This document shows, piece after piece, positions 1-9,496 of a stretch of 32,000 bases of DNA. The position numbers and the translations under genes are program-made. Under the pieces are notes generated by a model that had not been told where the DNA came from, searched no databases, and saw only the letters and a list, made by a program, of their open reading frames with translations. Each line of letters begins with the position of its first letter. The first letter of the stretch is position 1. This stretch comes from Candidatus Saccharimonadota bacterium (GTDB lineage: Bacteria > Patescibacteriota > Microgenomatia > UBA1406 > GWC2-37-13), in contig CP065004.1 in NCBI GenBank assembly GCA_016700135.1, positions 210,001-242,000 on the forward strand. Reading direction: 5' to 3'.

Positions 1-346
1 CAGGTCTTCATCCATGACAACGGTTGCCAGACCGTCGACGACAAATGACGGCAGATGTGAGAAAAAGACCCGTTTTATCTTTTTTTTTCCTTATGTGATC
101 GATGACTTTGTTTCTGGCTATGGTAAACAGAAATGTCTTCACGGAACACTGATATCTGAAATCGCGAATGCTTTCAAGAAATTGTATGAGTATATCCTGA
201 GTAAGCTCTTCGGCTAGATGATGGTCAGAAAGCCGATTGGTGACGAAATTGCACAATTCAGCATGATATGTTTTGTACAAAGTATGAAGCGCCTGAGAAT
301 CTTTACGGAGCAGTTTTTCGATCAAAAGCCGTTCATCTTTTTCCAT
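1..346 (-). CDS. ECF-type sigma-70 family sigma factor. The 3' end runs off the window, and the frame is broken at the T9 run at 80-88.
   Basis: ORF 8..346 gives a sigma-70 region-2-like segment (ELTQDILIQFLESIRDFRYQCSVKTFLFTIARNKVIDHIRKKK). After the homopolymer, another phase stays open to position 1 (KIKRVFFSHLPSFVVDGLATVVMDEDL). On the minus strand, TG+TATAAT (355-362) lies 8 nt upstream of the ATG at 346. Confidence 0.7.
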
Positions 347-364
347 AGGTAACCATTATACAGG

Positions 365-1508
365 CTAATTAAGTGATACACTGAAGATCTTACCGCCGGA
401 AATGACGTGTACGGCTCCTTCAAAAATATAGATCCCGATCGCTTTCGCAAATACGCTTGACTGAAGTGTCCTTTGATATTCCCTTCTTTGGTAAGAGCGT
501 ATACCGATGCCTGTGCCGTATCGAGGACATAAACCTGCTCATCATCCGCTGAGGTATAAATACCGTCAAACTGAGGATTTTCATTGGGGAATGTCGGTGA
601 AAATGACTCCGGTGCACCCGACAAAAATTTATGGACATCCGTTTTTGTGGAGACATACACGGCTGAATCTATAGACATTCCGGTCGCATTTTCCAGATCC
701 GAAGAGTCCGAAGTAAGGTATGAATTTTTTATCCGAATACCCGCCTTCAGTCACAAGATATTTATAGATAGCACTTTTTCACTATCCAAAAGATAAATAT
801 TTCCGTTGTAGATCTCAATATCAGAGATTTTGCCCCACTCGTCATCCGCGGGAATAAGAGAGTTGACTTTGCTCTGAGAGGTGAATTTCATAACTCCTTT
901 TTCAGGATTGAAGAAGAATACTTCGTCATTGTACAAAGTAACTGCTGTCGCATCAGCCAAATCACCGTTCACATATTGTTCCAGGGATTTTTCTGAAGAT
1001 CGAGCACGTGCACTTTCTTGGCTGCAGTATCGAGAATCGCCAATATATCTTCTTCTTTTCCTATTGCATCGCCCTTGGCATCTTTTTCATCAAGTGCCAG
1101 ATCATAAAATTCATCATACGGTTTTTCTTCACGCTTGAGAATCGCCGATTCAGCATCGGCAATCATGGTCTGAATCTCAGCTAATTGTTGTGCTCTGCTT
1201 TCCCTGCTTCCTGCTTCAGTTGCTCATACTTGGTTTTTGCATCCGATAAAAGTATCAGAGACTGATCCAGGTTCAAAATGCTTCATCTTTTGCTTTATCC
1301 AACGTCTGCTGAATCTCAGTTTTAGTCGTTTCAACTTTTTATCTAAAGCTGCTGCCTGTCTCCGCTGATTGCCCCACATAACACTCCAGGCTAACAGCAT
1401 AAACAAAACGATAACAGTTACAACAATAAATCCCTTGCTGCGGATGATATCCATGATTTTATTCTGTGCTGGTTCTTTCTTGTAGTCAGCCATATCCACC
1501 ATAGGCAT
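365..1508 (-). CDS. Membrane-anchored coiled-coil / beta-propeller-like repeat protein (hypothetical), with multiple frame breaks.
   Basis: Minus-strand fragments 1224..1517, 969..1166, 751..972 and 322..678 follow each other in different frames and read as one protein. It has a TM helix (FIVVTVIVLFMLLAWSVMW), an E/K/Q-rich coiled coil, and then blade-like repeats (VHVLDLQKN, NIYLLDSEK, QVYVLDTAQASVYALTKEG, IYIFEGAVHVISGGKIFSVSLN). The best C-terminus is TAG at 365-367, after a frame change near 450. The first ATG is at 1508, but the frame is open upstream to about 1640 and may join the next gene. Confidence 0.5.
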
Positions 1509-1645
1509 TCCTGACAAAGATTGCTGAGGAGGTTGGTAAGAAGGTTCCTCAATCTCAGGCTCAGGTACTGAAAGCGGATCATTTATTTTCGGACCGACCT
1601 CATCAAGAATGGAAGGGGCGGCGACTGCTTCTCTTTTGGTAAACT

Positions 1646-2300
1646 CTACAAAAGGGCAACAAAACCGGTTTCCTCTTCTCCGTATTCCTCACTGTTAATC
1701 TTTTCAATTATGTTTTGCGGTGGGGACATATCCACAAATGCCTGAATGTCCTCTGAGCTACCGATTACTTCCTGAATTCTTGTTGTAGTAAAGACCGCCA
1801 GATCAAATTCTTTGAGATACCCTGAACCTGAAGTGTCTCCTGAGATAAGCTGATCAAATCGCTGTCCGCGACGGAAGAAAATTTGGCCTTCACCGATTGT
1901 TTTTACATACAAAATTCCATCTATCTCTGTACCTATTGCAAGAGCAACATGGGCTGGAAAATTCAGCGACAAAATGAGGCTGCTCACCGTAGACTCAAAG
2001 CTTGAAAGATCGCTGACATCAGAAGAAAGAAGCCCTTCTTTAAACCGTTCCAGAATCTGCTTGCCTTCATCCTGTGTCAAACCGTCTTCAATGGAAAGGA
2101 TCCCGAAATAATGCCCGGCAACGAAATAGCTGGTAAAACCTTCCGCGAATTGTTTTCCGACATATCCTTCCGGTCTTGCCTGTAACATAAGTTTAGATAA
2201 TAAAAAGTGATGCCGCAATCAAAATGAGCCCAAATACGATCTGCAACACAGAAATCAACATAAGCAGCCATGATGACCTCGTATGAAACGTCTCATTCAT
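1646..2300 (-). CDS. Membrane-anchored hypothetical protein with only weak PPM/SpoIIE-phosphatase-like features; frame broken near 2200-2220.
   Basis: ORF 1646..2218 is joined to an upstream fragment that starts at ATG 2300 (MNETFHTRSSWLLMLISVLQIVFGLILIAASLFII, one TM helix). I cannot assign a family with confidence. Confidence 0.4.
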
Positions 2301-2438
2301 GGTATGTGTTTGTCTTGCTATGACTATAGCATACACCAAATATGAAACGGAAAAAGTACTGCAAAAGCTTTGAAAAATAAATAGAAAAACCCTTCGCCGG
2401 TCGGATGAGTCAGAAGATCGACAATTGCGTCCATATTA

Positions 2439-3006
2439 TTATTGGGGACCTCCGACGTCTTTCGGCATCAGGGAATTGATAATTTTCACAACATCTGACG
2501 GGTTGGGAATGTCATCAAATTCGATATTCTGCTGAAATCCTTCGGTTTTTACGAGGACGTCTCCGAAATGAAACATCGAACCGAAAAATCCGCCGACCTT
2601 GGTCGTAATATCACTTACCTGTATGATCGTAGTTGCGGAAAATTCCTTATATAAAATATTCAGGAAATCCAGATCAATAACTCGTTCTGTTGTGACCATC
2701 CCTACTGTAAAGTACCAAAGCAAAAAATTCACCCAGACATAACTGAAGATGAAAAACGCGGCAAAAGATTTACCACCAATATATGTCGTTCACTAATCGC
2801 CTGCGGTAAAGAAAATTGGCAACTACCACGAGAACAATGAAAACAGCGGTATTAAAAATCCAGGGTATCTGCGTCAATATATGCCTTCTGACAACCAAAA
2901 CCACTTCTTCATCCTCATGCTGTGTGGTGAACTGGACCTCAGGACGGACCAGGAATGTCCGTGTCATATTGTTTGAGGGGATGGTAAGGATGGCATCAAG
3001 CTCCAT
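2439..3006 (-). CDS. Bacterial PH-domain (YdbS/YdbT-like) membrane protein; frame broken near 2735-2775.
   Basis: Fragments 2770..3006 and 2439..2732 give two TM helices (IPWIFNTAVFIVLVVVANFLY; FAAFFIFSYVWVNFLLWYFTVGMV). These are followed by a small soluble domain (TTERVIDLDF...GDVLVKTEG...IEFDDIPNPSDV), as in bPH_2-type proteins. Confidence 0.55.
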
Positions 3007-3050
3007 TATAGCAAAAATACATATATCTTTGAGAGGCTCTTAAATAACAC

Positions 3051-3079
3051 TTGCATCTGAAATTACCTTGAGATATAAT
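3051..3079 (+). promoter_or_regulatory. Sigma-70-type promoter of the 5S rRNA gene.
   Basis: TTGCAT (3051-3056), a 17-nt spacer, then TATAAT (3074-3079). The predicted start falls at about 3085, the 5' end of the 5S helix I. Confidence 0.6.
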
Positions 3080-3083
3080 AATG

Positions 3084-3203
3084 GCTCTGGTTACTTGAGC
3101 GACCTGGAACCAACTCTTCCCATCCCGAACAGAGTCTTGAAACGGGTTAGCGCCGATGATACTCGCTACAAATCGTAGGACGGGGAAAGTAGGTCGTAGC
3201 CAG
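3084..3203 (+). rRNA. rrf: 5S ribosomal RNA, stand-alone.
   Basis: Conserved 5S blocks are present: CCCATCCCGAACAGAG, GTTAGCGCCGATGATAC and GAAAGTAGGTCGTAGCCAG. The terminal helix pairs CTGGTTAC with GTAGCCAG. Length is about 120 nt, and it is followed directly by T7 (3204-3210), which looks like an intrinsic terminator. Confidence 0.9.
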
Positions 3204-3213
3204 TTTTTTTGGC

Positions 3214-3853
3214 TTAATCTACCTCGAAGCGTTCGGGGTTATTAATATCCTGCATCTGGATTTCTTCAAACTTCACGGCAGCCGGAACGGTAAAAACACT
3301 TGTATCGATTTCTCCTTCCCGACATGATTTTTTAAATCTTCAATCTGGGTTTGAGTAAGAGCGGGCGCTCCTTCCACTTTATTGATCATCGATAGAATCA
3401 TGTCCGGTGTGAGAAAAGCGGAGAATGTATCAAACAAGTTGAGATATTGCCCCAAATTCATTATCTTCTCACCGGTATATTCACCCTGTATCCATTTGTA
3501 AAGGTTTCCGTCCTTTAAAAGAACTTTTGTCGTTTGCTCTTCTTCTTTTATCTGAACGTATATATTTTTGTTTAAAATTCGTATCGTGAAATCAGCGGCT
3601 TCATCTTCATAATCACAAATCAGCGGACCGTCAAGATCAAAATCAGAACCTGACTTTCCTGAAAAGAGTCTGCTGAGAGGATTTTGAGATACAGTCGGCG
3701 TCACCGCAGTCTGAGATGTATAGCTTTCCTCAATATATGAATCAGAATTCTTTGTTTCGGAAGATTTGGGAAGAACTTCTGATGAGTTTACGAAAAGTGC
3801 AATAGAAATAACCGTAACCGGAATCAGAACGAGAAAACGCCAAGGTCATGCAT
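3214..3853 (-). CDS. Membrane-anchored or secreted hypothetical protein; about 2 frame breaks.
   Basis: ORF 3273..3704 extends upstream through a hydrophobic segment (FLVLIPVTVISIALFV) to ATG 3853 if the T4 run at about 3830 is one base short. The C-terminus reads better in another phase (GEIDTSVFTVPAAVKFEEIQMQDINNPERFEVD, stop at 3214-3216). No family recognised. Confidence 0.4.
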
Positions 3854-3860
3854 AAGATCA

Positions 3861-5109
3861 TTATACTTCTTCTGTATCGAATAGTGTATTTTCTTTCTCG
3901 TTCTTCAATGCATGGATCGGTTTTTCTTCTCCCGGCAACATTTTTACACTTTCAAGCTCCGGAAGAGATTTGCCTACAATACTCTGCAAATCACCCTGCA
4001 TTCCCAGTGTTGAATCAAAAACTTTCCGTAAATTTTTTCTTCGCGTGCCCATTTGAGTGCAAACCAGCGGCGTTCTTTTTCAATTTCCTCCTGCATCGCA
4101 CTGAATGACTCAAGAATTGCCTCTACCCGATGTTTAAACTCCGTGCTTGTCACATACTCATACAGTACTTCCATTTTCCCTTCCTGGCCTTTTTGTGCGG
4201 CACGCACAGACGCAATCTCAAGAAGCTGTGACCGAAGGGCACCGGCTACACCCAGTATATACTCATATCCGCAGACCCAGACACCGTCACTCAATCCGAA
4301 ATGATCGATCCCGTCAGGAATAATTTCTGAGACAAGAACGGCGATTTCCGCTTTCACGGTCCGCTGATCTGTCTTTAGTTTCGGAATCCATTGATGACTC
4401 CAGCTTTTCGTACGTTTTGTCTCCCAGATGATCGTCCCGCAGACTTTCCCGCCCTGTTTCGGACAATCTGAATGATATCGGCACCGTTTACCCCTTTCGG
4501 GACCTCTTTTATCTCATCGAACGGAAATTCCTTTTGAAGTAATTCCTCTAATGCAAGTTCAAGGATTTCGCCCTGCATTTGCTGTGACCCTTGTTCCAAT
4601 TTTCTCCGCAGCTCCTCATTTGCTTTGAGAACATCAGAGAGTTTCTTGTCCTGTTCAAGCATTTTCAGTTTGTACTGTTCCTCTATGCGCCTTTGCTCTT
4701 CTTTCCGCAGCTTATCCTGCTCTTCATTAAATTTTTTTGCATTTCGAGTTCTTTCTCACGGTTCTCATCCTGCAGTTTGCGCATCAGTTTATTCATTTCA
4801 AGCAATTGTTCCTGCAGCTGTTTTTTCTGTTCTTTCAATTCTTTCGATTCCTCCTGAGTGTTCTTGATCTGCAGTTCCATTTCATCCTGAATTTTTTTTC
4901 TTGAGTTCTTTTGTTGCCTCTTCTCGTGATTTCTGCTTTTCTTCCTCGATCCTCTTTTTGGAAAGTTCAATGAGGCGTTGACGTTCTTCTTCAGCTTTTT
5001 GCTTTACCGATTCCAGTTCCTTTTCGTATTTTTCATCAATTTGATGGGTGATTGCCTCGGTCAGCGGAATTGGTCTTTTACAGTTAGGACAGGTGATTGA
5101 GTCTTGCAT
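3861..5109 (-). CDS. DUF2130 family protein (zinc ribbon, long coiled coil, C-terminal PD-(D/E)XK-like domain); several frame breaks.
   Basis: Fragments 4882..5109 (MQDSITCPNCKRPIPLTEA, CxxC ribbon), 4683..4970, 4375..4662 (EFPFDEIKEVPKGVNGADIIQIV), 3974..4357 (IAVLVSEIIPDG...GVWVCGYEY...YEYVTSTEFKHRVEAILESF) and 3861..4052 are collinear. Together they match the DUF2130 layout. Confidence 0.7.
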
Positions 5110-5188
5110 ATTCTGATTGGTAATACATAAAACGGGCGGCGAGTGCGTCGTACATCATAATGATTATTTTATGAGAGTTCAAGCGGAC

Positions 5189-5524
5189 TTATTTGGTAAA
5201 CATCCCGAGAACTGCCGAGACGATTGAGAGAACAATGCTGAAGATGACTGCCCAAAGAAACCCGGTGACTGTGAATCCGTCTACAAGGTTACTGGCAAGC
5301 AGGATAAATAAACCGTTGATGATAAATGAAAGTATCCCAAGCGTGAGAATATTGATAGGCAATGTCAGTATCGTTACAATCGGTTTTATAAAGGTATTGA
5401 TAACGGCAAGAACAAAAGCCACGATGATGGCAGTCAGGAAGCTGTCAATTTCAACATTCGGAAGCAGATAAGCAGTAAGTGCGACTGCCAGAGAATTTAT
5501 CAGTATCTTCACAATAAGTCCCAT
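5189..5524 (-). CDS. Phage_holin_4_2 / DUF360 (YvlD-like) small membrane protein, intact.
   Basis: 111 aa with 3-4 TM helices (LINSLAVALTAYLLP...FIKPIVTILTLPINILTLGILSFIINGLFILLASNLVDGF), typical of the family. Confidence 0.75.
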   Translation of the reverse strand: MGLIVKILINSLAVALTAYLLPNVEIDSFLTAIIVAFVLAVINTFIKPIVTILTLPINILTLGILSFIINGLFILLASNLVDGFTVTGFLWAVIFSIVLSIVSAVLGMFTK

Positions 5525-5530
5525 GTCTTC

Positions 5531-5559
5531 ATGGTATCAAATCACAAAGAGGCCGTCAA
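5531..5559 (-). promoter_or_regulatory. Promoter of the DUF360 gene; predicts a leaderless mRNA.
   Basis: On the minus strand: TTGACG (5554-5559), a 17-nt spacer, then TGaTACCAT (5531-5539). The ATG at 5524 is 6 nt after the -10 box and there is no SD sequence. Confidence 0.5.
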
Positions 5560-5609
5560 GAGGGGTATTCGTAAGAGTACCGTAAGAAAGAAATTGCGGC
5601 CGTTTCTCT

Positions 5610-5618
5610 TGTTATAAT
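5610..5618 (+). promoter_or_regulatory. Extended -10 box (TGtTATAAT) for the 5625 gene; predicts a leaderless mRNA.
   Basis: TGT at 5610-5612 and TATAAT at 5613-5618, then 6 nt (AAAAAC) and the ATG at 5625. Confidence 0.45.
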
Positions 5619-5624
5619 AAAAAC

Positions 5625-5947
5625 ATGATATCAATCGTACTTATTTTTCTGGTATTACTTTTCATTCTGGGATATATCCAGATTCCGTATCTGGCTTTGC
5701 ACGATATCAGCTTGCTTGTGGCTTTCGGAAAAACGATATCTTTGTATGATCTACTGGTGTTTGCGATCATACTCTGGGTGATCGGCTTGTTGCCGTGGCC
5801 GTTTAGAGGACTGGCAAGCATTATCCTTGTCCTCTGGCTTTTGTCATTTTTCGGCATCATTACCGTCGTCGGTTTTCCAATATTCTCGTACTGGCACTCA
5901 TTGTCGGCGTGATTGCCTACGTATTTCAGGGTTTTTCCCGCAAATAA
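5625..5947 (+). CDS. Small multi-pass membrane protein (hypothetical); frame break near 5880.
   Basis: ORF 5625..5912 is strongly hydrophobic. The last helix reads better after a frame change (GFSNILVLALIVGVIAYVFQGFSRK, stop at 5945-5947). Confidence 0.45.
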
Positions 5948-5948
5948 A

Positions 5949-6430
5949 TTAGTCTTTCTTTTTGACCAGTTTGACTGAAGTCACAATTTCACGAACTTCT
6001 CCTGATGAGTCTGTTATCTGAGTCAAACCGCTTTCCAAATAGTATTGATGCAGATAGTCAGAAAGCGCCTGTCTGGCGTCTTTTACTTCCGTTTTCAGAT
6101 CATTTACTTTTGCATCAAGCAATGCGACAGACGGATCACTGATAAGTTTGTCTTTAATCTCCTTTTCATTTTCTGTACTTCTCTGGCTTTCTCGCTTGCG
6201 GCTGCATACTCAGCATCATTTTCAAACGTATCTTTAAGCATAGTCGATTGTTCCTTCAGATCTTTTTGAAGCTTTTCCAGATCCATAAGATACCCGTTTA
6301 TCATGTTCTCAAGACTCATAATGCGTTCGACTTTATTGTCTGAATTGACATTGGTAGAAGCTTCCACAGCTTCTTCAATTGTCTCAGTACTTTCTAACTG
6401 TTCCTGTTCATTTGTCTGATTGTCGTCCAT
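5949..6430 (-). CDS. Acidic coiled-coil hypothetical protein; frame break near 6150.
   Basis: ORF 6104..6430 (MDDNQTNEQEQLESTETIEE...) continues in another phase: KEIKDKLISDPSVALLDAKVNDLKTEVKDARQALSDYLHQYYLESGLTQITDSSGEVREIVTSVKLVKKKD, with the stop at 5949-5951. Confidence 0.4.
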
Positions 6431-6533
6431 AAAATTATGAAATTAATAAATTGCAATAACCGGGTATTGAATACTAACTATAAAGAATATGGGCTCAATA
6501 AGTCAAGAAAGATAATTTGAACAGAAAAAACCG

Positions 6534-7204
6534 TTACTTTGGTTGATAGCTGGTAAAAAGCTGCACGCAACTATTACCGTAACATTCTCCGCAACTGTAG
6601 GTAAAGTTGCCTTCAATGGCCCTGCGGTGAATACCTGAATTCAGCCACCAGTTGAAAACATCCGTTTCGCTATCACCGTATTTCATATTTTCAGTGATCC
6701 AATACGGTAAGTTCCTGGCATAAAATCCGCCGTGAATATTGTGCGTCACAAAAATCTCATCATACAGTTCAGGACCGCGTTCTCGGGCTAAGGTGCACAA
6801 TTGATCATCCTTTTGAAACGGCGGTAAACTGAGTGATGTACGGTGATTGTTAATCATTTCAAAAATTGCATCGGCACTGAGAGAACTTGGTTTTCCGGTT
6901 GTTCCGTTTCAGCCGGTTCTTCAGATGATTCCTGTTGATCGGGAGCGGGGGTATGAGTAGCAGTCGGTGAAGGGGTGAAAGTTGGAGTGGGAGTGGGTGT
7001 CGGGACACGAACGGAGACGCCTTTTACGCATTCCGCGTTGTTTTGAGTAAAACTGCAGAATTTCTTATCGTAATAGACGGGACAATATCGCTCCTGTTGT
7101 GTTCTTGGTATAGTTACGAGTTCGGATCCAAAAGCTTTTTGTGTAATACAAAGCATGCTGACTACGGCAAACATGACAGCCTGCTTTGCGTATTGAGCTA
7201 GCAT
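6534..7204 (-). CDS. Secreted CAP/SCP (YkwD-like) domain protein with a Thr/Pro-rich linker; frame break near 6860.
   Basis: It has a signal-peptide-like N-terminus (MLAQYAKQAVMFAVVSMLCITQKAFG) and a linker VPTPTPTPTFTPSPTATHTPAP. The CAP-like domain then follows (SADAIFEMINNHRTSLSLPPF...GPELYDEIFVTHNIHGGFYA...WWLNSGIHRRAIEG). Confidence 0.65.
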
Positions 7205-7236
7205 CCTGAGCTTTCTATTGTATCATATGAATATAT

Positions 7237-8242
7237 ATGGATAAAAGAATTGTGTATTTTGAAACCGAAGGATGGGAACGGGAAATCATCGACGGTACGT
7301 TCCCGCAGGCTGAACTGGTATCGGAACAACTGACACATGAAAATGCCAAACAGTATCAGGATGCGCAGATCGTTTCTTCATTCATCTACTCCGATCTCTC
7401 CAAAAGAGTATTGGAACAACTGCCGCAACTTGAATGTATCGCCACCCGTTCGACGGGGTATGATCATATTGATCTTGCTTACTGCAAAGAGCATAATATC
7501 ACCGTTTGCAATGTCCCTGAATACGGAAGCAACACCGTTGCAGAGCATACCTTTGCACTTATTCTGAATTTGACCAGAAAAATTTATGCTTCAGTCAATC
7601 AGGCAAAGCAGCTGAACTTTGACCACACACAAATAAGAGGCATAGATGTATTCGGGAAAACTATTGGGATTATCGGGCTGGGGAAAATAGGCATTAACGT
7701 CCTACGTATTGCTCACGGTTTGAAAATGAAAACACTTGTTTATAACAGATCACAGGATCCGGAGCTTCAGCAGAGATATGGATTTGAATATGTCGATATC
7801 GCAACACTTCTTTCGCAGTCTGATATCGTCACGCTTCATCTTCCGCTCGTTCCGGAAACAAAACATCTCATAAACCTGGACAATATTAAGACCATGAAGA
7901 AAGGAAGCTATATCATAAATACAGCCCGCGGCGGTCTCATTCAGACGGAAGCTTTAGTGCAGGGGCTCAATGAAGGAATTCTCGAGGAGTTGCTCTCGAT
8001 GTCCTCGAAGAGGAAAAAGAGCTTTCAGAAGAGGCAGAGATATTATCTCCCCAATTCCAGCAGGATGCCGATATGAAAACGCTCATAATGGACCACTTCC
8101 TTATAAATCACCTAAAGTACTGATTACCCCTCACAATGCATTCAACAGTGTTGAGGCCCTGACGCGGATTGAACACACCACCATCGATAATATCAAAGAT
8201 TTCATGAACGGAAATCCTGCTAATGTTGTGACGCCTCACTAA
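7237..8242 (+). CDS. D-isomer-specific 2-hydroxyacid (D-lactate-type) dehydrogenase with two frame breaks (about 7984 and 8114-8116).
   Basis: The NAD-binding motif GIIGLGKIGINV is present. The catalytic domain continues across the breaks as EGIL-GVALDVLEEEKEL...MDHFLINHLK-VLITPHNAFNS. Adding one G at about 7984 and one A to the A3 run at 8114-8116 restores a single ORF. Confidence 0.8.
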
Positions 8243-8382
8243 TCAGCTGTCTCTTCAAGACGTGACTTAAGCTCATTAATCCGCTTTTGAATTTCCTGTT
8301 TAGCTTCCGAAGATGCTTCCGTCAACCTTTCTTCAAGATATTTCAGCTCCTCTTGCCATTCTTCTCTATCCGAATTTTCCAT
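8239..8382 (-). CDS. 47-aa coiled-coil ORF (hypothetical).
   Basis: ATG at 8382 and TAG at 8239-8241. It translates to MENSDREEWQEELKYLEERLTEASSEAKQEIQKRINELKSRLEETAD. The only support is the open frame and the heptad-like composition. Confidence 0.25.
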   Translation of the reverse strand: MENSDREEWQEELKYLEERLTEASSEAKQEIQKRINELKSRLEETAD

Positions 8383-8573
8383 ATGCCAAAAATGAGAAAT
8401 TTTTATACGTCATATCCTATCAATCTGATATTTATTTCCTGTTAGTAATGCGTAATACGAGTGTAAGGTCATTATTACAGATACCTTACCTTGTTATTAC
8501 ACTATTTTCAAGCAAATGACATAGTATTTACTGATAGCAGCAATATTCGTATGTATGCATAAAAAAGGTAATA

Positions 8574-9215
8574 GTGATTATCCGATTTTTTGAGGATCGA
8601 TATACGGCAGGTGAAAACTTTCTGTCCTTCTGCAGCGGTTTGTTACAAAAGAAACTGTCATTCTGGCTCTGCCCGCGGAGGTGTTGAGGTTGCTGCACCC
8701 GTTTCCGAAAGGCTTCACCTTCCCCTTGATGTACTTATTGCAAGAAAAATTGCCGAGCCTCGCAGCCGGAGTTTGCAATCGGAGCGATATCTGAATTTGA
8801 TACTCGCTATATAAATAGGCCACTTGTCAACCACTTGAGAATATCTCAAAAACAGCTTGAAGATCTTGTTGAGACAGAAAAACGGGAGCTGAAAAGGCGG
8901 ATTCTGCTCTACCGTCATAACAGAAGTCTCTCATATGTTCGGGGAAAGAGTCTATTTCTGATAGACGACGGAGTTGCGACAGGCTTGACCGCACACGTTT
9001 CTCTCCAGGCAGCCCGTATGTTAAAACCAAAAGAAATTATATTTGCAGCCCCGGTTTGTGCAGCCGACAGTCTCCCCGTCTCAGGAAAAACGCAGATGAG
9101 ATAGTTACCATTCTCACACCGCATGATCTGAGAGCTGTAGGCAATTACTACCGTCATTTCAGTCAGGTAGATGACAGCCGGGTTATTGAGTTGTTGTCAA
9201 CTAATCATTCTTCTT
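8574..9215 (+). CDS. Phosphoribosyltransferase-family protein (type I PRTase fold); several frame breaks; 3' end uncertain.
   Basis: A GTG start at 8574 is preceded by AAAGGT and by stop codons. The joined fragments read MIIRFFEDRYTAGEKLSVLLQRFVTKETVILALPRGGVEVAAPVSERLHLPLDVLIARKIAEP ... GKSLFLIDDGVATGLTAHVSLQAARMLKPKEIIFAAPVCA ... ADEIVTILTPHDLRAVGNYYRHFSQVDDSRVIELL. Breaks fall at the A4 run 8614-8617, the C3 run 8672-8674 and other sites. Confidence 0.7.
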
Positions 9216-9433
9216 CACCCATTTCCCCGGCTATTCTTCTGATAAACCTTTTTAACTGCGGACCAGGCGACGGCATGGGCAGTTTCCTCCCGATCACGGT
9301 TTTCTTTGCGTTCGGAAGGTTTATCATATTGATCCCAGGCTGAGTTGAATGCTTCTTTGTATATTTCCTGACCGTGTTTCGGAAGAGTGTCAGCGACCCG
9401 TTCCGGCAGGTCAGAACGTTGTTGATATGGCAT
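9215..9433 (-). CDS. ChaB family protein, intact.
   Basis: 72 aa: LPERVADTLPKHGQEIYKEAFNSAWDQY...EETAHAVAWSAVKKVYQK matches the ChaB pattern. Confidence 0.8.
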   Translation of the reverse strand: MPYQQRSDLPERVADTLPKHGQEIYKEAFNSAWDQYDKPSERKENRDREETAHAVAWSAVKKVYQKNSRGNG

Positions 9434-9496
9434 GAGAAGACTTTACCCTGAATTTATGAATAGAAGATCAGGCATAGGTGAGAGATTTGTAAAAGA

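Noticed and set aside
4591-4867. Long plus-strand ORFs (88 and 80 aa) rich in F, L, S and C.
   Set aside because: They are the antisense mirror of the E/K/Q-rich coiled-coil region of the DUF2130 gene. They are low-complexity and show no start-site signals.
5189-5524. Holin-family gene as evidence for a prophage or lysis cassette.
   Set aside because: There is no endolysin, integrase, terminase or structural gene nearby. DUF360/YvlD-type proteins are common chromosomal membrane proteins.
6945-7012. Short tandem GGTG/GGAG-rich DNA repeats.
   Set aside because: This is the coding sequence of a Thr/Pro-rich linker (PTPTPTPTFTPSPTATHTPAP) in the CAP-domain protein. It is not a non-coding repeat or a CRISPR-like array.
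8313-8918. ORFs 8313..8519 (+), 8578..8823 (-) and 8715..8918 (-).
   Set aside because: The first lies in an AT-rich intergenic leader and partly antisense to a small ORF. The other two are antisense to the recognisable PRTase reading frames. None has family-like sequence.
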